This document shows, in pieces, positions 1 to 13,250 of a DNA stretch of 64,000 nucleotides. The position numbers and the translations under genes are program-made. The stretch lies in assembly GCF_021869535.1 (NCBI RefSeq), contig NW_026262745.1, positions 8,618,001 through 8,682,000 on the forward strand. The letters run 5' to 3'. This stretch comes from Mytilus californianus. Lineage: Eukaryota. Positions within the stretch are counted from its first letter, which is position 1. Each line of letters starts with the position of its first letter. The notes beneath the pieces are model-generated. The model did not search any database. It was not told where the DNA came from and saw only the letters and a program-made list of their open reading frames with translations.

Positions 1-173
1 TCTTTTGAAACTTTTGTGGATTGATGTAAACATAATCATCTGTTTTAACAATGTAACAATTTGTAACTGGGAATGCAGAAAACAAATGAATATGTAAAAT
101 TTTATTCAGGTATACTGAGCCAAGTAGTTAAATATATAAATTCAAAATAAGGATGAAGTTCAAGATTACGAAA

Positions 174-510
174 TTTGTTGTTGAAGTTTGCAACTTCCAT
201 TGGCCAATATTACAGAGATATAAAGGACGATGCTATCCCACCAGCTCCATACTTTAGAACCTGATGGACTTAATGAAAAAGACGAGAAAAGATACAGGAA
301 AGATAAAGAACAATTAATTATATAGCATCGTCCTTTATATCTCTGTAATATTGGCCAATGGACGTTGCAAACTTCAACAACAAAATGAATTTATTTATCA
401 GGCAGCAAAATTTAATGAACAATGAGCTGCAAAAGTTTCTTATCAGCATCTGATTTCACCTGAGATGCACGCTCGATGAAGCTAGTTTGTCTAGGGAAAT
501 ATTGTATTTA
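174..510 (+). mobile_element. Penelope-like retroelement 3' remnant with an inverted 5' duplication
   Basis: 230-325 reads (ML)SHQLHTLEPDGLNEKDEKRYRKDKEQLII*, matching the WI..L.TL.P.GLN C-terminus of Penelope GIY-YIG endonucleases. 174-236 and 322-384 form a 63-bp inverted repeat with 1 mismatch. A hammerhead-like core follows at 472-499. Confidence 0.65.
472..510 (+). ncRNA. degenerate hammerhead-ribozyme-like motif (Penelope type)
   Basis: CTCGATGAA-GCTAG-TTTGT-CTAGG-GAAA resembles CTGATGAA-stem II-GAAA. It has an extra C in the core, a G-G mismatch closing stem II and no clear stem I, so it is probably inactive. Confidence 0.45.
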
Positions 511-993
511 TTTTTTATCGCATTGTAAATATTTTTAACATTTTAATATTTACATACTATATAGTGTGTTAAAATTACATTGTTAGGCAATTTATATATA
601 TGAATATACATGTATATATTTAGACTTGTGAATATACATGTATATATTTTGATAATCAATATGTGGTTTCGTAAAGTTATCTGGTCAAAGTAATGTTGGC
701 CTATCATGCCTATATTTTGTCAGTCTATTAAAGAATCATTAGAGAAACAGATCCCATCACAGAATCTCTTTTGTTTAAATACAAATCAATGCATTTTAAA
801 TTTGTAAATTAAAATCAAACGGAGTAATATTGAATCTCACTCTATATTGTGAGACAGTTAAAACTCATACAATTTACCAACATTATATAAGTGTATTTCC
901 CAAGTGTCATTATCAAAGATATTTTATGAGACACCAGAGAAAAGAAAATATCTTGTCATTATTTATCATTTTAAACAAAGTATTGTCTTAATA

Positions 994-1245
994 ATATAAA
1001 AATAAGAAGATGTGGTATGATTGCCAATGTGACAACAATCCACCAGAGACCAAAATGACGTAGTTGTAAGCTATTATTGGTCAACTAACAGCCTTGAACA
1101 ATTATCAAAAGCGATACATAGAGTAAGGTATAAAAGGCACGGAAATGACTAAATGTAATACAATTCAAAGGAAAAACCAAAGGTAAATAGATATAAGAAG
1201 ATGTGGTATGAGTGCCAATGAGACAACTCTCCATCCAAGTCAAAA
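994..1245 (+). repeat. two truncated copies of the mussel-type interspersed repeat starting ataagaagatgtggtatga(t/g)tgccaat
   Basis: The same start motif recurs at about 10587, 11286, 36760, 37616, 47057 and 55839, and inverted at about 2765-2930 and 46280-46460. Class unresolved (retroposon-like). Confidence 0.8.
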
Positions 1246-1389
1246 TTGTCTTTTATTTATACCATAATTTACAATTGCAGTCACATTCATATCATGCATA
1301 ATAAACACTCCAAGTTTTAACTAAGGAATAGAAATATGGTCATGTGGACTTTTCCTATTTGGCAGTAAAAGTCATGCTAAAGAACGGCA

Positions 1390-1705
1390 TTCAATTGGCT
1401 CTGGGAGATGTATAAATACAAAGTCTGATCCGTATGAGGACTTCAAATTGATGTCTTGTGTCAGGAGAGTGGCATGCTCTCAACACTTTAAAGAACTCTT
1501 GCAACAATCCTCGGGGGATCAATAAGTTGCCATTTGCCAGTTGCAAGGTTAAATTTATGTCCTTATACAACACAAACCTATTTTCTATTGACAGTCAAAC
1601 TTCTCACCATCCATTCTAGTTATCTCATGGCCACTGATGTTTGTTCTTATTCCTATTTATTGAAATATTTGCAACTGGACATTTAATAAAAAACAAACAA
1701 TCGAT
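1390..1705 (+). mobile_element. old SINE, Deu/Nin-domain-like family
   Basis: Shares gagag..catgctc..aagaac(t/c)cttgcaacaa and the 3' end tttgc(a/c)actggac..caatc with copies at 24095 and 35855. Confidence 0.55.
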
Positions 1706-4700
1706 TATTCATATAATTCATCGATTTTGAATTTAAGTAACATGTAATAGTTTAAGATAAATGCTATGAATAATAATGTGTGTCTACATGATAACATAAT
1801 GTAAACAAGCATTTCATTGACTTTTTACAATATCAAATGATATTTTATGTCTTTTTCACAGCTTAATTTCCTAGACATTATTATAATGTCCCAAAACCGC
1901 TTTTAGTCATTATTTGTGTTGATTTTCTGTCATACTTTGTCTGATGTTAAACAAATTGTGGTCATTCTGGTAGACATTATTGATCCAGGTATGGCAGAGT
2001 CTGTATGTATTCTGATTGATCACATGGTCTTCTCATTCCTATTCTGCGTCATGTAATTTTTTTTTTTATTTTGAATAGTTGCAAAGCATTGATTTATAGG
2101 ACAATAGAGCCATCACCTGGTCAGTTCATTCTTAATACTTTCTAATCTGTTATCTATTATGGTAATTAATTCATCTTTTAGTTTTTATTGAAATCGATTT
2201 GAATTAAAGGATGATTGATGATTGTTGTTTGCTTAATGTCCAGTGGCAAATGTTTCTTGCATCAAGAGATATGGGATAGTATGATAGTACATAACCATTG
2301 GCATCATGAGGTCTGCACATTACAATTGTCAACACTAGACATGTGTCTATATTGTGTGTTCGTAATACTCCTTCAGTCTGTAGTTCCCTAAGGAGATAAA
2401 AGAATAAGCCCTATTTTCAGGTCTCAATTATTTTTTACATTCCTGATTTTATTTTATACAATATCTTTCCTTTAGAGTAAATAAAGCATTTTCTATTCCA
2501 GCTGACTTAATACCAGTGGCTTATAATTTCACAGTTCACATGGAATGATTTGTCAAGCATCAAATATCAGCTATAAAATAAAAATAATCATGTTAATAGT
2601 TTCTAAGGTAGAAAATCCTTAACTTAATGTACATGTATTAAAAATACTAAAATATATAAAAGCTTTAATTATTAATTGGAAAATACTAGATTATAAAAAA
2701 AATCTTTAATTATACATTAAAAATACTTATATTACTGTTTCCAGCTTTAATAAGTCCATTGTTTTTTTTTTTAGTTTGAATTGTATGACGCCTTTTATAT
2801 CATAGTATACTGTATATATTTTGCTCATTTTTGGAGGCCGTAGAGTGTCATATAGTTGTTTACACCCTCATCCTTTGGACTCAGGTAAATAGTTGTCACA
2901 TTGGCATCATACCAAATTTCTTTATATTTATAACTTAGAAAATGAAGATGAAGAATGTTATTTTCTTAATTAATGGTCTCCATGTACATGCAGTTGTTAA
3001 GAAATATTTAATTTTTTGTAAACGATTCTTGTTGCAGCTAATAAGAGCCAGAAATTACGCCTAAAATGTTTTTTATTAATCATTCTCTTACAAACTTACA
3101 ATATAGCTATGTGCCCAAAGCTCAAATGACCTCCTGGTTGGTTTTAATCAAGAATTGATTTTGTGGTCAATGGAAATGTATGTAATTTATGCATGGTTTC
3201 ATTAAGGTAAGGAATTGCAGCTATGGACTTTATAGTCACATTGATGCCTATATTTTGACAAAATTTTAATAAGTTACGTTTTTGACATTTAACAAGTTTA
3301 ATGAATTAAGAATAGGATAAAATGATAGTAATTGAATAAATTTCCTATTATTGTGAGTATGAATATAAATTGTGTTATGCTTATGTGAGGAACTATTTTT
3401 TGTAGGTTTATTTACAATTCTAATTAATATAAATGTCAAAATTTCAGAACTTCATTCCCCTTCCAATGCCACTCCTCTTTACATGGAATAGTGGACTACT
3501 TTGTGGGAGTTATTTATTCAAATCAAAGCTAAAAGAAATAATTATTACTGAACACGGAATCCAGAAATCAAAGTTTGGGAAAGTGTTTTAGCTAAAATGT
3601 TTAGGTTATATCTCATTTAAGATTTTTTTATTCATTTTGAAGTTGGCCAGTTGTTGACAGTATTATTAATATTCACTCTATAATTTCCAACTATTTGAAT
3701 GTTTGTTTTGTTTTAAAATTCATCATTATGTTGACTTCAATAAGAAATCCTGTTGGGTTGAAAAGGGTGGTTCTTAACTTCTATGGGCAGTTGTATTTCA
3801 TTTATCATGTTTATAATTATAGAGAGTATTTGTTTGAAATGTAAGTAAACAATAGGATAGTCTCTTTACTACGAACATGTTTTACATAAATTCTTCTCAA
3901 TTAAGAAACATGAAATCCTCCAATGTCATTGGTTTTAAGCACTTGATTATATATACATGTATTCTAAATGCTAAAAAAACTAAGGAATCATGAAATTTAT
4001 ACTAGTTGAATTTTGGTGTTCAAAGAATGTTTGTGATTGGTTGTAACACATGTATCATAATTTGTTTTATGCAGATTCATACTTTAAAATGGGAAAATGC
4101 AGCCATTTAGAGAAGAAATGAAATAATACAATACAAAAGTTTATATATTATGAATTGGTTATAAAAAATGAATAAAAAGTTATATATGAATAAGATAACA
4201 AAACATGTGTCTTGCCAAAGGGTAGAAAACAATCCATCCATATCATCATTTTAATGCAGCATATTTTTATACATATACAATTATCTTTCAAAAAGTTTAC
4301 ACATTAGGAAAAACATATATTTCATAGGTGTCAAACAGTGTCAATTCTGCTGCTAATTTGAGAGCTCATGGAACATTTATATTTTCGTAAAGTTTAGAAG
4401 TATCCTTCCAAATACCAGTCTCTTGGAGAGGCATCAAATCTACAACTTATTTTAGAACACCTGAAAAATCTCCCAGTGATTTCTCCCTTTTTATGCAAAA
4501 CCAATGTTTCTAGGTTATAACTTGATTTTTCCTTGCTTCATAATGGATCAAAAATTGTGCACATGGAAATAGAGAAGCTGAAAAATCCTATTGATTTTGT
4601 GATGAATATGTGAAAGTTCAAGGTTGCTATTTCTTAAAACAGGCGTAAAAAATAAAACTTATGTGATGGAAGATGTAAGGAGTGGGAAAATCCTATGTAT

Positions 4701-5417
4701 TAAAATGTCAATATGTCAAAAGTCAAGGTCGCAACTGCTAAAACACACTGAACATTTAGAAATTTATTATGAACATTTGTATACCAGAGGGATATCCATC
4801 TTGTTTACAATTATCTTAATTTGACTATTTATGCAGTTGTTCGTCCTAAACAAAATGGACTATTTATTATCAAAACATTGCTTGTTAACAAGCAATTTGG
4901 TGCCTGAATTACAAAAGGGCACTACAAAAAGGTCCTGCTGATCTTGGAGTTCACTTTTTTGTAGGGAAAATATTAAGAACCGTAAATAAAAGTTTAAGGT
5001 TCTATTCTCACTGTAAGATAACAATTCTTCTAATACCATTTGGAAAAATATAAATCAGCAAACTAATGGTTCCCAGGTGATTATTTTTCTTTGCTACAGG
5101 TAAAATACTTCATACATTTTATTAATACCCATAGAATACATGGTTAGCTTTGGTTCTCAGCAACACAGATTAATATATTGTTAAGGAGATAAAGTTGATA
5201 TGCACCATAATTGAATTGAATACAAATTGATTTTTTGAATGTGATTACTTAACAAATAATTTGAGATGATTCCAGTAGATATATATGAGACAAATGCACA
5301 ATGTCAAAACAAAGAACCCATCATGAACTCTGAGGATAAATTTACACCAACTTACAAAACCCTAGTGCAAAAGACTGCATTGATTATAGAGTAAAATCAT
5401 TTTATTAAATATATATA

Positions 5418-6497
5418 TGTAGGACTCAAATCTATGGTGGGTTCCAGATCTATGGCAGCTTCCTAATCTATGGTAAATATGACGTCATGCCATCCCAGAT
5501 CTATGGCAGATTTGTTAAAATCCTAATCTATGGCAAGTTTTGTAATTTCCTAATCTATGGCGGATTTTTGTTGTTTCCAAATCTATGGCAGATTGTGTGC
5601 AAATGTAGAGCAAGGCAGTACATATACAGTCACTAACATGACTAACTTGTCTTAAATAAGTTGAAATGTACGACAACGGGAGCATGTCTATAAACATTTG
5701 TGAAATAAAAATTCCATAATGGTCAATCAAAGCGTGATGTCAACCATAAAAAAGTGAAGAAGTGATATACCATAATACAGAAATCGGGATTAAAATTATC
5801 TTCCCTGGAAAAATAAGCATATCCTAATCTGTGCATGGTACCTGTTTAATCCATAAATTTAAACAACTAGAAAAATGGAAGTCCCTTAACAAACAAGAAA
5901 GCAGTTTTTTTTATAAAATACAATTTAAACAGTTTGACTTTTTACATAATATTTATTTCAGCGTTAATCAATTTTTTTTAACTGGTGACGATTTAAGTCA
6001 AGGTGGTATCCTGTAATTTCATTTTCTCACTTTAAATACTTTGCCAGTCGTAGACGCTAAAATATTTACTATAACTCCATTCCCAAAATATCCACTACTA
6101 AAAACAGCTGTGCCTTTCTTGATCGCGGGATTCCGACGGTACAACAATGAGTGTCCCTCCTATGGATAAAACATCACATCTTCATTTAAACCATCGGCAA
6201 ATTGTTCTAGAGGGAAAGCGGAAAGTGTTTTCCTGAGTATTTTAAACTCAGGACTTCAGGAAAGTTTGGAGAGCCCACATTTTTACTGTCGGCGACGACT
6301 TATATGGCGTTATTTTATTGTGACGTTATATGTTACTCTTTTTCCCGGAAAATTACGTAATTCCTAAATCTGCCATAGATTTGGAGAAAACAAAAATCTG
6401 CCATAGATTTGATTTTTTTGGCGTTTGTAACGTCATATTTGCCATAGATTAGGAATCGGCCATAGATTTGGAACCCGCCATAGATTTGAGTCCTACA
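5418..6497. mobile_element. non-autonomous DNA transposon (1080 bp), TGT..ACA termini, TATA flanks; possibly Ginger2/TDD-like
   Basis: 68-bp TIR starting tgtaggactcaaatctatgg with 5 mismatches. Multiple subterminal AATCTATGG repeats in opposite orientation at the two ends. Flanks are tata|TGT..ACA|tata. Superfamily is an inference. Confidence 0.85.
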
Positions 6498-6607
6498 TAT
6501 ATAATTATATTGATATGAAAAAACAAAATATGATGATCAGATGATCACTGAAACATCTGGTTTCTGGCATTGGTTTGGAACAGTAAATCTAAATTCAGAA
6601 ATTATTA

Positions 6608-9600
6608 TTTTTGTCGAGCCTGCGACTTTTGTCGCAGAAAGCTCGACATAGGGATAGTGATCCGTCGGCGGCAGCAGCGGCGTTAGCTAACTTCTTAAAA
6701 GCTTTATATTTTAGAAGATGGAAGACCTGGATGCTTCATACTTTGTATATAGATGCCTCATGTTGCGAAGTTTCCATCAGTCACATGTCCAATGTCCTTG
6801 ACCTCATTTTCATGGTTTAGCGACTACTTGAAAAAAAAGTTCAGATTTTTTGGAATGTTAAATTCTCTCTTATTATAAGTAATAGGATAACTATATTTGG
6901 TATGTGCGTACCTTGCAAGGTCCTCATGCCCGTCAGATAGTTTTCACTTGACCTCGACCTCATTTCATGGATCAGTGAACAAGGTTAAGTTTTCGTGGTC
7001 AAGTCCATATCTGAGATACTATAAGCAATAGGTCTACTATATTTGGTGTATGTAATGATAGTAAGGGGTACATGTCTAACTGGCAGATGTCATCTGACCT
7101 TGACCTCATTTTCATGGTTCAGTGGTCATAGTTTAGTTTTTGTGTTTTGGTCTGTTTTTCTTATACTGTATGCAATAGGTCAACTGTATTTGGTGTATGG
7201 AAATATTGTACGATGTTCATGTCAGTCTGGCAAGTTTTATTTGACCTTGACCTCATTTTCACGGTTCATTGCTCAATGTTAAGTTTTTGTGTTTTGGTTT
7301 GTTTTTCTAATACTGTATGCAGTAGGTCAACTATATTTAGTGTATGGAAATATTTTACGATGTACATGTCAGTCTGGCATGTTTTATTTGACCTTGACCT
7401 CATTTTCAAGGTTCATTGTTAAATGTTAAGTTTTTGTGTTTTGGTCTGTTTTCCTAATACTGTATGCAGTAGGTCAACTATATTTAGTGTATGGAAATAT
7501 TTTACGATGTACATGTCAGTCTGGCATGTTTTATTTGACCTTGACCTCATTTTCAAGGTTCATTGTTAAATGTTAAGTTTTTGTGTTTTGGTCTGTTTTC
7601 CTAATACTGTATGCAGTAGGTCAACCAGGGATGGGGTAATCGTAATCTGTAATCGTAATCGATTGTAATTGATTACATGTTTCACAGTAATCTGTAATCG
7701 AAGACATTTTCGATTACACGTAATCGTAATTTAATCGATTACAGCAAAAATTAGGATGTAATCATTGATTACTTTCGATTACATTTCGATTACTTTTAGT
7801 GAAATAGTTTGATGAAATTAAACCTATTTTAAATGAAAATATATATGCATTCATCACTTTATAGTACAGATAAAATAGAAAGTATTTAGACTTCAGAGCA
7901 TATCAAATGCCTTATTTGTATCTATTGTCTCAAACTGCATTATGATCAACCAGAACTCCTACCAATTTTACTGTATATCCAGCTTTTTAAACAATTGACT
8001 TAACTGTCTTCAATGCTTGTCAATTATTTAAAGACCTTTTATTTTGAAATAAGTAAATAGATAAAAATAAGAAATGAGTATTATGTTAAGTTCTGTACTA
8101 CTTTGACATTGAAGTGTAATTTTCAATAAGATTTGGAATTTTAGCAAAACAAGATACACAGTGGATTCGTTATAATATTATGATATAAAAATCAGAAAGT
8201 ACACAACGTACCAATTGATTTGCATTGAAATTCTTGTTCAGAAATAGATACATGTACCAAAATTGTCACTAAAATGTATCTTGTTAAATATCATGATTTT
8301 GAATAGAGTGTAGAAAAATCCCAACAAATTCCTGTGTTAACTAATCAGATGATCAAGGACTTCTAATTATTAAGATGTTTTGATTTCAATTATGTCTAAT
8401 TAAGAGGAGATTGACATTATATTTCCCAAGGTTATGAAATGTACTCCATTGGCAGTTTTATAACCTGTAATTAGGGAGATTATCCAAACAAAATAATTAA
8501 TTCATGCATGTATTAGTTATAAATATAATAAATTTACATCTTTGAAATTAGCTGAACTAGTTAATTATTCTTCTTTTTACATTTTAATTGTTAAATATAT
8601 ACTATATCAAATATAGTTAAAAATTAATAAATACAAAATACCTAACTTAAGTCATTATGACAGCAAAACTTGAAAAATATAGAGACATGTGAAATAAACT
8701 AGACTATAAAGAAGTGACTAAAGCCATGTGGTGTCATTGCAAGAACTTTATTACATCTCACTCATGTAGATAACCAGATTTTAAAGAATTTTTGAATATT
8801 TCAAATCCTCAGTGAGAGCTTCTCTCTAGAAACAAACTGTCAACTTAAACTTTGAAAACAATGCTTTCAATGAAGTTTTGATCAAGTTATAAATTTCCCC
8901 TATACATAACAAAATGTTTGTGTTTAACTTACTTTATTATCTTATGTAATTTTATAGCATGTAATTGACAGTAATCGAAAAGTAATCCAATTACTTTTGA
9001 TAAAGTAATCGATTGCAATCGATTACATACAAAAATCAGAGTAATCGATTATTAATCGAATACACAAAAATCCCTCAAGTAATCGATTATTAATCGATTA
9101 CATTTGTCAGTAATCGTGCCCATCCCTGAGGTCAACTATATTTGGTGTATGGAAATATTTAATGATGTACATGTCAGTCTGGCAGATTTTATTTGACCTT
9201 GACCTCATTTTCATGGTTCATTGCTTATGTTACGTTTTTGTGTTTTGGTCTGTTTTTCTTACACTTTAAGCAATAGGTCAACTATATTTGGTGTATGGAA
9301 TGATTGTAAGGTGTACATGTCTAGCTGGCAGGTGTGATTTGACCTTGACCTCATTTTCATGGTTCAGTGGTCAAAGTTAAGATTTTGAGTTTTGGTCTTT
9401 TTTTCTAATACTATATGCAATAGGTCAACTATATTTGGTGTATGGAAATATTTTATGGTCTTTATGTCAGTTGGCAGTTTTTTTTTTACCATGACCTCAT
9501 TTTCACAGTTCATTGCTCAGTGTTAAGTTTTTGTGTTTTGGTCTGTTTTTCTTAAACTATAAGCAATAGGTCAACTATATTTGTTGTATGGAAGAATTGT

Positions 9601-9794
9601 TAGCTGTACATGCCTGCCTGGCATGGTTCATCTGACATTGACCTCTTTTCCATGGTTCATTGGTCAATGTTTAGTTTTCTTGGTTAATGTTAAGTTTATG
9701 TGACAGTTGTAAGAAAGCTTTATATTTAGGACTATCAACATAATATCAATGATTAGTAAAGAAGGCGAGACATTTCAGCGTGTGCACTCTTGTT
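6608..9794 (+). mobile_element. Helentron-associated non-autonomous element (HINE/DINE-like, family B) with a 147-bp central tandem array, interrupted by a hAT
   Basis: 5' nested hairpin gtcgagc-ctgcgac-tttt-gtcgcag-aaa-gctcgac and a (ggc)n tract. aggtcaac recurs at 7177, 7324, 7471 and 7618 (period 147). 3' end is aggcgagacatttcagcgtgtgcactcttgtt. T-rich flanks, no TSD. Confidence 0.85.
7626..9128. mobile_element. non-autonomous hAT-superfamily transposon (1503 bp)
   Basis: Perfect 10-bp TIR CAGGGATGGG/CCCATCCCTG. Perfect 8-bp TSD aggtcaac at 7618-7625 and 9129-9136. Dense subterminal gtaatcg/cgattac repeats at both ends. No transposase ORF. Confidence 0.93.
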
Positions 9795-10104
9795 TATTAA
9801 TGCGAAAATACAACAGTATCAGGTTCGCAATAAAAAACTCTTATTCCTTATTTTAGTAGTACGTTTCCTTCATAAATTTTTTTCAATCACATTCATTATA
9901 TTTCACATTTTTGCCAGAGGTCAAGGATTCACAATTATAAATGCATGCATTAATTTCTGAATTTACAGTAAATTATTTATTAAATACATTTAATGAATTT
10001 AATTTCATAAATATATGTAATTTTTACAAAAACTAAGCTTTCAACAACTTTGACGAAGTAGACATTTATAATAGTGGAACTATATTTAGGTTGTTTTGAT
10101 TAAA

Positions 10105-10356
10105 GGGCCTCGGTGGCTGAGTGGTCTAAGTAGTCAAACTACAATATCACTGGCCTGGCAACACTGAGGTTGTGAGGTCGAATCAGGCACTTGGCAGATG
10201 CGTTCTACTCGAATCTTAATTGACTAGGATTGTCAGTTTTCCTACTGAAGGTCATTGTTCTCTCCGGGAACTCTGGCTTCCTCCACCAATAAAAACTGAC
10301 TGCCATGAAATAACACAATAGTACTGAAAGTGGCGTGAAACACCAATTATCTATCC
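10105..10356 (+). mobile_element. tRNA-derived SINE with V/Meta-type central domain
   Basis: A-box tggctgagtgg (10114), B-box-like ggtcgaatc (10176), central tctccgggaactctggcttcctccacc, 3' gaaagtggcg.aaacacc. Homologous to copies at 28948 and 58347. Confidence 0.8.
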
Positions 10357-10586
10357 ACTTTGTCTTTTAAAGTTTCTGTTGATGGTTGTTATTAATTGAA
10401 ATCTTAAAAAGAGGCAAAGGAGTATGAGGTTCACAAAGGGTCAATAGATAACAATTCTAAAATTCCATGAAATTTAAATTTACCAATTACCATTAAAATT
10501 TGATTTATGAAAAACAGGTTTAAAAATATCTGATAAATATAAATTAGATAGTGTTAACAAATTCCATAGTAATCTTGACATCATAT

Positions 10587-11075
10587 ATAGATATAGGAAG
10601 ATGTGGTATGAGTGCCAATGAGACAACTATCCATCCCAGTAACAATTTATAAAATTAAACCATTATAGGTCAAGGTACGGCTTTCAACACAGAGCTTTGT
10701 CTCACACCAAACAGCAAGCTATAAAGGGCCCCGAAAATTATTAGTGTAAAAGCATTCAAATTGGAAAACCAGCGGTCTAATCTATATAAAAACGAGAAAC
10801 GAGAAACACGTATGAACTACATAAACAGACGACAACTACTGTACATTAGATTCCTGACTTAGGACAGGTGCAAACATTTGCAGCTGGATTAAATGTTTTA
10901 ATGGTACCAAACCTTCTCCCTTTTCTAAAACAATAGTATAACATCACAACATAGAAAGACACACTATAAAATATCAATTGGAAGGCTTAACTCAATCAAA
11001 AAACGCAAATTATCACACAATGAACGAATAAATTTGATCTGTGATACCTGAATGCAAATACATAGTTAATTAAAA
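10587..11075 (+). repeat. long copy of the mussel-type interspersed repeat
   Basis: About 480 bp colinear with 37616-38110. Confidence 0.8.
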
Positions 11076-11285
11076 TTATAAGGGATAAATAATTAAGGTC
11101 AAAAGTAATTAACAGGTTTAAACAAAGTTAACACTTAATTTGTTGATAATTTTTGGAAATTTTTGCCAAAGGATGTATAGTTTTTGCTTCAGATATTTAT
11201 AAGATTGGTACCATCATCATGCATAGACCAGCTTAATTTATTGATAAATTGTGTTTCACAATCAAGTTCATCTTTCTGTCACAAT

Positions 11286-11430
11286 ATAAAAATAAGAAGA
11301 TGTTGTATGTTTGCCAATTAGACCAGAGACCAAATGACGTAAAAGTTACTGGTAGCAACTATAGTTTACTATACAGCCTTCAACAATGAGGTGACACTTA
11401 TTTCACATAGCAAGCTATAAAAATACCACG
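11286..11430 (+). repeat. truncated mussel-type interspersed repeat (accagagaccaaatgac subfamily)
   Basis: Similar to 994-1178. Confidence 0.7.
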
Positions 11431-12020
11431 ACAAATGATCCCTCAGATCTGATGTTGAGCTTTTCCGAAAAGACATTATAATCCCTTTTGACCACATTGC
11501 TGGAGCTTAACCACAGTTAAAACAAACATTGAACACTCTAGTAAGCATAGTTTGGTACTAGAAATAGTAAAATCGAGTCAATATCACTTCGAAACATAGT
11601 AACATCGAGTCAATATCATTTTCCAACTTACACTATTCACGCTTTTTAAATATACGTTATATATGGACATGTTAAATTATATTGAACCTCGGAAGTCGTC
11701 CTCGGTCAATATGACCTGACAAATATAAAACATCTCAAAACTTATTTTTGATTGAAGAGTGTGGCCAAATGTTCAAAACTTATTTTTGATTAAAGAGTGT
11801 AGCCAAATGTTTCCCTTAAGGTAATGTACCTTTAATTTGCAGTAAAACAGCAAATTTGGCCAAAAAAGGGATAATATGATACTTAAGAGGCGTTCATGGA
11901 CACCACTGTCAAGAATGAAACCATCAGCAGGAAAAAATGTTTTCTTGATTTAACGTTGCATATTTGAGCTTGTTAATATTAATTTTTGATGTGATGTTTC
12001 CTTCTCTGCACCTTTGTTAA

Positions 12021-12612
12021 GGTAGATTAACTGTATACTGCCATCTTGGATTGTAAAATAGCAGTTCTTAATAGGTCCAGTTCTTTGCTTAAATTTGCAA
12101 ATTTGGAGACAGATGGGCAATTAATGGGTTAGACTGTTTATTGGAATAAAGAAAAATATGTGATTTATTGCATTATTCAGACTGATTTATCAAATACCAA
12201 ATATTTGTGTTTGTTCGAATCAAATTGTCAACTTAGCCTTTTAAGGGGAAATAACTCAAAAGTAATTTTTTTTTAAAAAGGAATGATTGAGAAATTTTCA
12301 ATTTTTATTTATAGCAAGAAAACAAGGTCAGTGACACCATTTTTTCTTTTTATTTCCTTAAAGCATATTTTAAAACCTATCTTCGCATATTTTATTTCCA
12401 AATTCTATCTCATAGATTTCTTTTTATTCAATAAAAAGTGTTTTTTCATGAACAATCTATGCAAATTTGGGCAATTTTGCACGACTAGTAGCTTTAAAAA
12501 TAGCACGATGACCCATACTTTTTATTATATTTTTGAAAAAAGCAGGGAAAAATCGACATTTTGGCAAAGTATAAGAAAATTCTCTCTGGGAAATATATAC
12601 CAATGATCCACC
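12021..12612. mobile_element. Kolobok-like non-autonomous DNA element (592 bp)
   Basis: ttaa|GGTAGAT...ATCCACC|ttaa: TTAA flanks, RR/YY termini and an imperfect TIR of about 16 bp. Confidence 0.5.
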
Positions 12613-13250
12613 TTAACAAGTTCAGTCCTTTGTTTTTCTCCTTTGATATTTTGTACTCAAATATTGGATTATTAAATTAAAATCAGTTGCTCCTCCCTTT
12701 ACACCAAAGTTAAGGTTATGAAGGCATATTTTCAGACAATTTTTAAAGATCAAATGGTATAGATTCACAGGAGAAGATTTGTGTCTACAAAATTGACATA
12801 CAAGGTTTGCTTTGATCTTCAATAAGCATGAAAACATGTACAAATTAAATAGATTATTCCATGTTTTATTACCATTCTAAAAGCTTAGGCAAAGTAATCC
12901 CAGAGGAACTCTTGACGTGTATGAATATTTTGTTTTGTACTAGATCTATAAACCATGTTTGGTTTGATTAGAAAAAGAGTGGGATGTACTTGTTTATATT
13001 CTCCCTGATGTATTAACCATATTTTAGAATCAGTATCTCATTTCTTATTTGTTACTCAATAAAGAGACACTATAATCTGTTTGTCTCTTAATTCATCCAC
13101 GTGTTTATCAAGCGTCACAATATCAGTAAATCTTTGTAAACAGACAAATGATTTTGATTAAATTGTGAAAAGTTTATTATATATGAATAAAAAAAAAGAG
13201 ATGTGGTTTATACATATGAGAAACCAAAAGAGGCAAATAACCAAAATACA

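Noticed and set aside
3038-3605. Possible 5' UTR exons (3038-3206 with a gtaagg donor; 3448 onward)
   Set aside because: There is no coding signal or phase constraint to test them; RNA data are needed.
10105-10190. Possible tRNA gene (also at 28948 and 57057)
   Set aside because: Only A/B-box remnants are present without a cloverleaf, fused to SINE bodies and tails; one copy has a TSD.
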